This document shows positions 13,223 through 24,926 of a stretch of 64,000 nt of DNA, in pieces (position 1 is the stretch's first letter; each line of letters opens with the position of its first letter). The stretch covers positions 107,694,001 through 107,758,000 of the forward strand of contig NC_135886.1 in assembly GCF_964194155.1 (NCBI RefSeq). Direction: 5' to 3'. Made by a program: the position numbers and the translations under genes. The stretch comes from Cetorhinus maximus (Eukaryota). The notes beneath the pieces were generated by a model. That model saw only the letters and a list, made by a program, of their open reading frames with translations, did not search any database and was not told where the DNA came from.

Positions 13223-15072
13223 TCAGGTTAAAAGAATGGCACCCTCCATGTTTGCAACTTGCACTTGGGACTTGATTTTGAGGCCCCACCGGTGGGAAGG
13301 TGCTAAAAATAGTGCTGCTGGCTGGAATGCTGGTTCCCCAGATCCATCCTTCTCCCCTGAGCCATTTTCGCAGAGGCGGGATGAGGGGGCACGGTTGCCA
13401 GCAAGGCTACTCGCCAGCACTGGTGGGTAGCCAACATGCTTGTTAAGGGTCAATCAAAGGAGGCTGACTGAGATTTTCCAGTTGGCCTCCAGGTTCCCAC
13501 AGGCAGCGAGGGCCAATTTAGGTGCCTGGAGATGGCCTCCCGGTGACAGACTGGGGGGGTGTGAGGAATGGTGGGGCAGCCCACTAGGCAGGCTTTGAGG
13601 CCCTCCCTGCCTGCCTGGGTGCTGTAGCATCTGTGGGCTGCTGTTTCGAGGGGTTTCCCACCATCCCCAACAGTGATGGCCTGGCTGCAAAATCAATTTT
13701 TTAGTTTAAGTTAAAAAATGTTAGCGAAAGAGCACCTCCTTTTTGAGGCATCCTCTCCCTTACTTACCCTCCACTGCAGACTGCTGCTCATTTCAAGTAG
13801 GAAGACCTCTGATTGACCCTGCAGCTTCTAGAGCCAGTGTCCTAAATTAAGTGACAAACCCACTCTCCAGCCATTAATTGGCAGTCCCAGGGAAAATCAT
13901 GATGAGGAAAATCATGATGAGTGACTGTTTCTGTGGGCTTGTGGCCCCTGATTCCCTTTGCTTCCTTTTCAAGTAATTGTAGAGTCACAGCCCCAATATT
14001 TCGATGATTTCCTCATCATGTTGTGTAATATGAAGGTCTGTGTTTCATGTATACGGACAGCAGTCTTCTTCAGTGTCTGTCTCTGTGAGAGGCTTTATTA
14101 AGCTGAATAAAAATGACAGCCTACAGTGACTTTGCCTCAATGCAGAGTGACATGACTATGGCAAGTCAGATGTGACATCAGACTGGTTACATTTCAAAAC
14201 CCAAATGACCTGTTTTTTACAGTTTTTAGTTTGCAGAGATCTCAGACTATTTTTATATTCATTTTAATAACTAATAAAATCAAATCTTTAAAGCTAAAAA
14301 AGTACCACTTTTAGTTTATGGGATGCCTTTTTCATCTGAAGTTCTTGACAATGGCTTCTTTAGCCAAGGAAATCAGTATGTCAGCATGAGTTGTCATTGC
14401 TAGAAGATAAAGGATAGAGAGGAGCAGAAGAAAGATTAGATTACAATCGTTGCTGTATTGAATGAGCCTTATTGCACAAGTCCAACTTTAATTGAATTTC
14501 TCATGACCAGAAACATGTTCGCAATACTGGAAATCTTTGTATCAACCTGTCACTGCTTAAACTGTGTAACAGTAATTAGCTACGAAAAGCAGGAAGGGAG
14601 ATGATTTAATCAGAGACTAACAAACTTTCAAAACATTTCTTTAAAGCTACTGTTCATTGTCAGGGAAACAAGTGACATGCAGACAGAGAGGTTGTATGGA
14701 AAATATATTTTTTGAAATGGATAAATGTGTTTTAGTGCCCTCCTTAGGTTTAGTACCATGTTTATTTTGAGTGTAGAAATAACCCCTGCATTTGTGCTTC
14801 AAACTTGGATTTAATCACAATGTTTTTTCTTGTTTCCTATAACAATCCTCCTCTTTTTGTATTGCTGTCAAGTTACTTTGTAAAATGCCCTGAGTCTAAT
14901 GACTATCATCATGTAGGTAAAGAAATACTCATTTTGCAATTCTCTGAATTGAGTCAGAAAATGGGATACACAGCTGATTCATAGTTCCAATGGGCAATTT
15001 GGGGTAAAAAGGGCTACCAGAATATATGGCCTTACATACTATAAATGTACCTTTAAAATAAACCGATAGCAA

Positions 15073-16519
15073 GGGCGGAATTTTCAATTTTTGAGTCTAA
15101 GTGCCGTGGCGGGCAGGTTTCGTGCATATCCTGCTGCTCAGAAGGGCGGGAACCCACGCACCATTCCGCGCTTGGAAGTTCATTAATTATGCACAGGCGA
15201 GTAATTCTCCGACTCACCCGGCGGGTCTGTAGCTGATTCGCCCGCCTGCAGTTAGCTGGCAGGGTTGAAAGTCTGAGCGCCATATTTAAACACAACCCGA
15301 ACACATACATGTCACACTCTCCAGCCCACCTATTTCCAGGAGACCGTTAGTGATGTCTGCGAACCAAAAGAAGGCAGCTGCACCCCGCTTCACCCACTAA
15401 GCCCTTGAAGCCTTGATCAGCGGATACACAGGGATGTCTGTATCCCAGGGGCGGCTCCAGAAAGCACACCAGCCTTACCTCTGCTGCCTGGAAGGCCATC
15501 ACAAAGGAGGTCAGCGCGGCTGGCAACCTGATGACTGCAGACTACACTGTCTCCCTTCCCAAACCACCTCCCTAATGAGTTTGTGTGCAACTCATCCCTC
15601 TTGCGACACACTAATAACCCCCTGCTTTCCCTTTCAGGAGTCTGCGTGCATTTCCTCCCATTCATACATGTGGTATCCCTTTCGCCCCCTTGTTTGTTAG
15701 CCTTTCAGTTACCCTTGTCAGGCTCCAGCTTCCTACCTCTCAGTCTACTTCTGCCTCTCATCGTTCCGCCTCCTCCTCCACTACCTTGCAAAGCCTTCCT
15801 GCCTCTCTGCCTTCCATCGTGCTCCCTTCCTCCCCCATCCCCTTGCATAGCCTTCTTTTCCCATTGCCCCGCCCCACCCACCCCCTTCCCCGGTTGGTAT
15901 GCTGGTTCCTGAATGCTTGGCCCTGTGTAAGTACCGCTGTACAGTGCTGTCCTTCTGGACAAGGTTAGCACCCTCAGGGAGCAGACCACCCCTAAACCCC
16001 CACCAGCAATGCTGGTCAGTGTCTGAAAGTTGAGCCCTGCCTGAATACAGCAGAACAGTGGTGTCCTTGTGACTACAGAGGCAAGCACCAGCAGCAGACC
16101 AACACTACAGCCCAGCAGTGTGGTGTTCCAGCAATGTCACAACGAGACCAGCATGGCGCTACGGAAGATAGGCTATTTGTGTTGCGCTCACCTCGAAGTC
16201 TCGAGCAAAGTGAGGTTGGACATATGCGCGCCACCCTTTTTCAAACGAGATTCAGACCAAAATGATTTCCTGCTGCCGTGATTGGAAGATTGGAAGGTGG
16301 CACATGATTCTGGCAAGAAGCCAATTTAATAAGCATTCATGCGATGGTAATGAATGGTAAGGTATTCACACTACTACTCAGCAGAATACTCAACCCACCA
16401 TTGGGAGAATCGCAGACAATTTTTACGTCGGCAGGCTTCTGACTTTTTTGCCTGACACTGGATTCTCTGCTCCCGCCTCCCACAAAAGCCGTGGCAGCGG
16501 GGTTAGACGAATTCTGCCC
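15073..16519 (+). mobile_element. Non-autonomous Harbinger derivative
   Basis: TIR GGGCGGAATT / AATTCTGCCC; flanks CAA / TAA; Myb-like start MSANQKKAAAPRF near 15352. Confidence 0.7.
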
Positions 16520-18498
16520 TAAATCTGATGGATGTAGGTGAGAGATCATTCATTGCGTGCTTCTTATCTATAACTGGATATAAAGACCTGCCCTGCACCT
16601 GCAGAGCTCTTTAATTAAAATCCTATGAAAAGGTTTCTGGTGGAGATTTTTAATTAGTCTTCCTGTCAGCATGAATTTCATTTTTTTTTTGGATAGTCCT
16701 TGATTTTTTTATGCCCTTGCCAATACTTTTGGAAAGCTGGCCAATGCTATTGTGCTGGAAAATGTTTGAGAGTGAATAGAATTTGGCATGGCTGTAAGGC
16801 ACTCCATGTGTAAAATAGCCCATTGATATTGTTTGGCTACATGCAGGAAAAATATAGGCAAGATGCTGGGTGCATATGGGACTGCAAAAGTTAGCACCTT
16901 GAGGGTAGGAGGAGAGATGTTTTAGTGGGAAGAGAGAATTACATAACTTTGTACCAATAGAACTACAGTGTTTCACCCAGATTTTTTTTAAAAATTAGTT
17001 TGTCACAGATCAGGACAGCTCAGGAATGATAGTTGACACCACAGTTAGGTTGGGACCATACTAAGAGATAAAACTGGTGGGCAGCATGCCTTGGCTTTTC
17101 TGCTCCAAGGCCAGAAGAGGAGAGATTAGGGTAAACAATTATCAAAGCAAGTGTATGTAATGTGGGTGATTGAAAGTTACAACATCTGTGTATGTTGCTG
17201 CTTGAACATTCTGTTCCTATGGGGTTTACTGGCTCATTTCTCTAAAATCATTAGTCTAAAGAAATGGCCATTGCACAAGGAGGTGAGGGTGGAGGAGTTG
17301 GGGGGGGGGGATGTTCTCATGAGTTACAATTTTCTTCCAAAGTTGCAAAATAGTTGACTAAACTTCTCTGATTTTTTTATGACTCATGGCTGAACTTTGC
17401 AGTGCAAAACCAGAGAAAATCACAGCATGTCCCATTCACTGCTTTGACTTAGAATTAACGAGTATTAGGAAATCACGTATGTAAAACTGAAGCATTCATT
17501 TCCTCTAAGTGGGTGTAGGTAGCATGCTTGATAGATGTTCTACCAAGACAGCAACTAGTAAATGCAAACACAACCTTTATCTTTAAAGCAGTGGCGCACC
17601 TCCTATTACAGTGATGCAGAATCATGACTTGCATTGCTTTGACATCAGCCTTGAAGTGCTTTTGCTGCCTGATTCCTGAGTATGAGCTTTGTGTGTAAAT
17701 TGCTTACGAGGTGGTGCCAGATGCTGCTTCAAGACAGCCCTCCAGGTCAGGAACCAATAATACAAGCACCTGTTTTGGGCTACATTCAAAACAGCTTAAA
17801 GGTGTACCAGTTGTCCAAATAGAAGAGCTCCTACTGTTCCATTTGCATCTTTTTCACAAACCATTCCCCAACCTCCTTTTAGGCCTTTTTTTTGTCACTT
17901 TCATGTGACTTTTCACCCTCTTCCTATTTAGCATTCCATTCTCCAATTTAAAACCCTGTTGTTTTGACATTTTACTTGGCCTGATTTGACCTACAAAGGC
18001 TAGTTCAGGTTTCTGATTTTTATCTAGTTCTGATATAAAATGCAACAGTATTACACAGTGAAACACACAGAGAATACTAATAAAATAACATACAACCTTG
18101 TTGCAACTCTGAAAGTTCATTACTTTTTCTTGGTGTTTCCCTCTGAAAGCTTGATCTGTTCTTCTCTTCCTTGACTTTTGCTGACTTTTGAAAGATACAA
18201 AATAAGCCATGAAAATCCCTGACAAAATTCTTTCAAAAATGATAAAGCCAAACATGGGTTTCTACAATCTACTGATGGATTGAGGGCTGAGTCATATTCA
18301 TCATCTGGACTCTGTGTAAAGATCCCACAGGGCTTGTTTACTCTGAGTGGACCATGAAGAAGCTGTGTGATTGTCAAGCAGGACATGAATTTCTGTGGGG
18401 TGGTATGGTGAAGGTTTTATCATTGACTGAGTTCCAATACTGCATGTTAATTCAAGTTATGGTCCAGCCAAGAATTGATCAAGGCCTTCTGAAAATGT

Positions 18499-18885
18499 CA
18501 GCTGTGGCTCAGTGGGTAGAAATAACTCTCGGCTCCGTGTAGTTGAAGTCCCACTCAAGTTGCTTGAGCACAAAACCTAGGCTGACATTCCAGAGCTCCA
18601 AGGAGGGAGTGCTGCATTATCGGTGGTGCCGTCTTTCAGATGAGATGTTAAAGCAGGGCATCATCTGCCCTCTCAGGTGGACATCACATGGCACTATTTT
18701 GAAGAAGAGCAGAAGAGTTATCCCATTGTCTTAGCCAATATTTACCCCTTCATCAGTACCATAAAAACAGATTATCTGGTCATGATCATTTTGCTGGTTG
18801 TGTGAGCTTACTATGCACAAATTGGCTGTAAAGCACTATGAGACGTCCCATTGTTGCAAAAGGTGCTTTATAAATGCGAGTCTTT
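18499..18885 (+). mobile_element. Deu-domain SINE (SacSINE1/AmnSINE1-like); other copies about 6978-7527 (+), 25225-25545 (+), 56835-57186 (-)
   Basis: tRNA-like head gctgtggctcagtgggtag; core ggtgccgtctttcagatgagatgttaaa..catggcactatttgaagaagagcag; L2-like tail tataaatgc. Confidence 0.75.
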
Positions 18886-19314
18886 GAAGGTTTCCTTTCT
18901 TTCTTTTGTTGGCTCTTCAAAGGTTCATTTGAATTTGTTGCTTAGACATAAACCAGGAGGACCCCCCCTCCCACTATTGAATTCAGTCTATGCTGTTAGT
19001 TGACCACAAAAGGGAAGCTAAAATTGGTTTCTTTAAACTTGGGTGAGGGAGGGTCCTGGTCGCAATCTCCATCCTGTGAACCTGCTGGAAGTTGCATGTG
19101 TGTTGATGCCTGGTTAGGATAGGATCAGGTTAAGCAATGATTCATCCCCACCTTGGTCAAATACCCTGTTGGCGCACTCAGTTTGTTGGATAACATGATG
19201 CCATTAGCCACAGGATGATGGTATACATGACATTAATTTTCTAGGAAAATACCTAATTGTGCAATGATGACTTTCATCAATGTGATGTGCATACAATGAA
19301 GGATATTTATAAAC

Positions 19315-20688
19315 CATTACAAGCCTACCGACTCCCACAGCTACCTCGACTACAGCTCCTCACACCCCGCTTCCTATAAGGACTCCATCCCATTCTCTCA
19401 GTTCCTTCGCCTCCGTCGCATCTGTTCTGATGACGCTACCTTCAAAAACAGTTCCTCTGACATGTCCTCCTTCTTCCTTAACCGAGGTTTTCCACCCACG
19501 GTCGTTGACAGGGCCCTCAACCGTGTCCGGCCCATCCCCCACGCATCCACCCTCACGCCTTCTCCTCCCTCCCAGAAACATGATAGGGTCCCCCTTGTCC
19601 TCACTTATCACCCCACCAGCCTCCGCATTCAAAGGATCATCCTCCGCCATTTCCGCCAACTCCAGCATGATGCCACCACCAAACAAATCTTCCCTTCACC
19701 CCCCCTGGCGGCATTCCGTAGGGATTGTTCCCTGCGGGACACCCTGGTCCACTCCTCCATCACCCCCTACTCCTCAGCCCCCACCTATGGCACCTCCCCA
19801 TGCCCACGCAGAAGATGCAACACCTGCCCCTTCACTTCCTCTCTCCTCACCGTCCAAGGGCCCAAACACTCCTTTCAAGTGAAGCAGCATTTCACTTGCA
19901 TTTCCCCTAACTTAGTCTACTGCATTCGTTGCTCCCAATGCGGTCTCCTCTACATTGGAGAGACCAAACGCAAACTGGGTGACTGCTTTGCAGAACACCT
20001 GCGGTCTGTCCGCAAGAAAGACCCAAACCTCCCTGTCGCTTGCCATTTTAACACTCCACCCTGCTCTCTTGCCCACATGTCTGTCCTTGGCTTGCTGCAT
20101 TGTTCCAGTGAAGCCCAACGCAAACTGGAGGAACAGCACCTCATCTTCCGACTAGGCACTTTACAGCCTTCCGGGCTGAATATTGAATTCGACAACTTTA
20201 GATCTTAAACTCCCCCTCCCCCCATCCCCACCCCGTTTCCTCCCCCTCCCTTTTGTTTTTTTTGTTTTCAATAATTTATATAGATTTTTCTTTTCCCACC
20301 TATTTCCATTATTTTTAAATCTACAACTAATACCTTGTCAATCTTTCCACCCCACCCCCACTAGAGCTGTACCTTGAGTGTCCTGCCACCCATTCTTAAT
20401 TAGCACTTTTCTTAGATAATATCACCACCTTCAACACCTCTTTGATCCTTTTGTCTGTGACATCTTTTGATTATCTGCTCGTATCACTGCTTGCTTGTCC
20501 CTACAACCACCCCACCCTCAACTTCTCTCCCCCCGCCCCCCACCTTAAACCAGCTTATATTTCACCCCTCTCCTAACTATACTTCAGTTCTGTTGAAGGG
20601 TCGTGTGGACCCGAAACGTCGACTCTTTTCTTCTCCACCGATGCTGCCAGACCTGCTGAGTTTTTCCAGGTAATTCTGTTTTTGTTTT
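19315..20688 (+). mobile_element. Second, shorter copy of the same Penelope-like element (inside the putative SLC7A3 5' intron)
   Basis: Nearly identical to about 59255-60617; GIY-YIG ORF 19462-20208; 12-bp TSD ATATTTATAAAC (19303-19314 / 20689-20700). Confidence 0.93.
20586..20624 (+). ncRNA. Minimal type I hammerhead-like motif with variant core CUGUUGA
   Basis: AGTT-CTGTTGA-A-GGGTC-GTGTG-GACCC-GAAAC-GTC-GACT. Confidence 0.6.
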
Positions 20689-23600
20689 ATATTTATAAAC
20701 TTTAAGTTTCTGTTCTAACTATGGATTTAAACACTTAGTCTTCATTTTAGAAATAGTTTTCACAATAAAGAAGGAAAATTCTTGTTCACAAAGTTGCCCA
20801 ACAATTACTTAACTGGTTTTTTGAGGCTTCAACTTTCAGTTTTTGTAACTCTTTCCAATACAGCCTGCACTGATCTGTACTCTTGGCTGTTTGAGTAAAC
20901 TTGTGCTGGCAAAAAAGATTCTGCTTTCTGCAGCCCAAATTTAATACTATATTTTTCTGTTATCCTGAAGCTTCTGAATATTTTCTCTGGTTACGGCCAC
21001 TCACAAAATTGTGATCACCATCCTTGGCAAAATCATAAATGAATTCTTTTAGGATAATTTATGATTTCACTAGAAATAGTCAATATAAGAAGTTGTGCCA
21101 TTATGTTTATGACATCTGTTAACACAGTGACCAGAGGATCACTCCCCTCCAATTTCTTTGAGGCAATTCTGTCACAGGCAGGCATTGATTGCATCTCTGA
21201 GTTCTGAACTTTGTAACTTCTCACCAAACAGGCAGCCATCTCCTGGCCTTTAAAGACTGTCCAGTCACAGGGTAAGAAGCATTTTACCAGCAAGATCTTC
21301 ATGGAGATTTCCAAAATGTATTTGTTCACTTATGTTCTGGTGTTAGAGTACCTGTCCTATCGGAGACAGATATCAAAAAACCACAGTGGGCAAGCTGTGC
21401 TGCTTACGATTTTTCTGATGTGTGCTACAGCCAGGCAAGGTACCATGTGCTGTGGAAAAGCCTTGGTTAGAAATGTGGAAATGTTGTCAGCGTAAAAAGA
21501 TTATTCATTTTGCTATGATTCCTTTTGAAATAAAAAAAAGGGAACAATTGCCTTGCCCCTGCTCAGATTAATACCCTCCCAGTTTTATCTGACATGTTGG
21601 ATTAAGTCAGTATTAATAAGTAAATAAACCTAAACAAAGTGTCTGGCATAGCAGGTTTTGTTACAATAATGGAGTTAAATCGATACGGAATGGTCAATCG
21701 TGCTCTGTTGTCATGTGTTTGTGGTATGATCCTTTAAGTGAAACAGTGTATTCCTTGTTGAAAGGACTGGTGGCAAAGCAGTTTCTGTGTAATCGGATCT
21801 AACTAACTGTGGTATGCTTTTGAAGGCTTAAGGAAGCTTTAAAATATTTTTGAATTAGTTCAGTGTTCTTGTCCCTTTTGGTCACGCTCTGATCATGGAA
21901 AAGGGGAATTCTAATGAATCAACACTTCCTTCTCCTACTGTAAATATAAACACTAGAGGTCTCACATCACTGTTAATTTGGAACGTGAAGGTAAGAACAA
22001 GAATTCATGGAAAGCTATATGAAATGTGGACTAGTTATGAGATGATAGAGAAGTAAATGTAATAATTAGGATTTGAATACTAGGTGATATGTGCTTTAGT
22101 CAGTGCAGGCTGTAGGGATAGGCTCCTCATGTTGAATTTAAATTCAACAGAGAAATGCTGCAGATTTGCTGGCAGGATCAAATTTGACAGTTGTTTTTTT
22201 TTGAAATCATGAACAGTATAAGGAGACTGAGACAGTCAGTGGTCAAGGCCATATTTTTAGTGTGATTAAGAGACCAACTGATCAAATTAGCAAAGGAGTT
22301 CCACACTTAGCATCTGAAGACTGGACAGATTGCACTCTCAGTGCCATCAGTGTGTACCATAGGGCAGCTTTTCACCTGTAACAGAATGATAGGAGGGGCG
22401 CGAGGAAACTTAAAATTCATAGAGCATTGTAAAACTCTGACATCACTGACTGGCTGTATATTAGTGACATGCGCTATCATGTAATTTCTCTTACTGGACT
22501 CACCAGAAAAGCACTTTTAGAGGTTACTTTTGTTAGATGGAGTTCTAAAAAAATATTTCTTACCAATCGTCTTGAGCAATTACAGCTGAGCTGTGCAAAA
22601 TTATTGTTCATATGATTATAATTGTTTAAGAATCTGATCTTTTACTCATTTTCTTGAAAGATATTTTGGGTGTTTGTTGCTGGGCAGTATTCAAGAAGCA
22701 CTTGATCTATGTACATAAACTGTTGGGCTTCATCTCTAGTTTCTAGCCTTGTAATTGAATGTAACTGAAGAACAGAGAGAGATTAGAGGACAACAACCTT
22801 AAATTGTTCCTTTAAATTGGTCTCTACTGCAAAGAAAATGGTTTGAATTGCAGAAAGCCTTTGTCAGCCCTGTAAATGTTATGATCAGGTACTTGTGCCC
22901 TTCAGATTTAGTTAGAAGAATTTAAATGTGGAGTAGTGGTTAGGATGTAAATATGGAGCAGTGAGTAGTTTGATTGGAAAGGTGCCCTTGAGTACTGCCT
23001 GTACACAAGTTTCTTGGGCTTGGTAACTGTGCAGTTGGAAGCCTGGTCAGATGCCCAATTCATATACAGCAGGCAAGGAAATGGACAGGTAAATACCAAA
23101 TCCACTTGTTAGTGGGTGTCTGTATTTTGAAAAGAAATTAACTATGGGCATTAGCATTTGTCTTTGTTTTTGAGTCTGGTTACCATGTTCTAGTATCTTC
23201 TGTCCTTCACATGTTAATGATTAATCAGAAGCTCTACAATGTTGTCAATTGTTCTGTAACTGAGCCACAGACTATGCAACATCTCCTGCAATGTCTATCG
23301 CTAGAGGAACCTCTTGCCGAATTCAACAACAAAGCGCAAAAATGTGCCCAGTTCTAACTGGACCATGTATAGACTGTCCGTGGACACGATAAGAAGAATT
23401 GTTCTGTAACTTGAAGATTTTGACTCTTGCTGTTTGTAGTTAAATACTTGCGTGCTATATTGAAAATAAACAGATTAACAATTGCATTATAACAGTACAG
23501 ACTGGAATTCCTGTGAATTCTTAGCACACACAAGGAATTAAAACATTGAATGTTAATTAAAACATTAATCAATGTCACACAGGCAAGATCTCTCATACTG

Positions 23601-24556
23601 AAACGATATATCAAACTGTATTCCTCATCTTTCTTCTCTTCTTACCAGCTTCAGTCATTTAGAAACCGACACTTAATCGCTGGTTCCGATTTATCTTGTA
23701 TTCTTTTCTGTTCTCAAATTTGGTGTTGGATCTGCACTCTTAAATAAGACTTGCCAATTTTTAAAAATCTGATCTTTTATCCAATGTGACTTAATCAGTG
23801 ATCTCTCAAGTAGTTGTGGTACCAGCCCCTTCCTATATAGACAAGATTTATTGCCTGCATACAAGCTTTCCTGTAAATAGAGATTAGTTTATATATTATT
23901 CCACCTTTCTTCCTTTTGACAATCGGTTTAGGTTTCAAAGTGTGTTTTTTTTTTTAACGGGTGTGTCAAATATCCTCTCATTCATGTCTTTGGCTATGTC
24001 TTTCCACTATGGTCTAATCTTGATTTCTACAACTTTCTTATAGCTGGGTACCTATACAAACTTAACTCATTTAGAGCTTTACCACCCATAGCCTGCCTTA
24101 TTTCATGTCCCATTTTGCAGTCCTATCAACCTGCAATACCTGCCCATCCCCACTTCACATCCCGTTGCAAAAAATCCTTCACTTACAAATGTGTCCATGG
24201 CCTCACAGCAACCCTGTCACTACAAATTCCTTCAACATTTCCTTTTCAGCTCTCACCTCCATTGTTCTGAGTCCAAACTGCTGTGCTTCTTCTCTGTGTT
24301 TGTCTTTATTCATCATGATCTATTGTTTTGGATTCTTCTCTAACCTTCTGCTTTTCTGCTTCTCCTGTGACCTGGAAAAGAACTGCTGAAATCCACCTTA
24401 TCGACCATCTCTTGAGGTGCTCTCTCAACATCTCTCTAGTCCTGCTTGCTGTTCAACTATCTCCTTTGCGAAGCACTTTGAGATGTTTTGATGATGTGTA
24501 AGTTTTAAACATTTGATAATGGATGATTTTCTTTTATAAACAGCACTTCTATCAAT

Positions 24557-24926
24557 ATGGCAAGTAAGATGATGGAAAATTTTGGGAAGAAGTTGATTCG
24601 TAGACGAATTGTTGACTGCAACACAGATGAAACTCGGTTTGTCAGATGTCTGACAACATTGGACCTAATTGCTCTGGGGGTTGGCAGTACTCTTGGGGCA
24701 GGTGTGTACGTTTTAGCAGGTGAAGTAGCCAGGGACAAGGCAGGTCCCGCTATTGTCCTCTGTTTCTTGATCTCTGCTCTTGCCTCAGTACTTGCTGGCC
24801 TGTGCTATGCTGAGTTTGGTGCCAGAGTTCCCAAGACTGGATCTGCTTACCTCTACAGCTACGTGACCGTGGGTGAAATATGGGCTTTTATAACCGGCTG
24901 GAATTTAATCTTATCTTATGTACTGG
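24557..24926 (+). CDS. SLC7A3: SLC7A3 coding exon 1 (acceptor AG ends 24543)
   Basis: [17 protein letters not shown]...[11 protein letters not shown]|gtaagt. Confidence 0.95.

Noticed and set aside
13890-14020. 15-bp tandem duplication GAAAATCATGATGAG with a short inverted copy near 14004-14020
   Set aside because: Small local repair or slippage scar at a MITE edge; too short to support a functional claim
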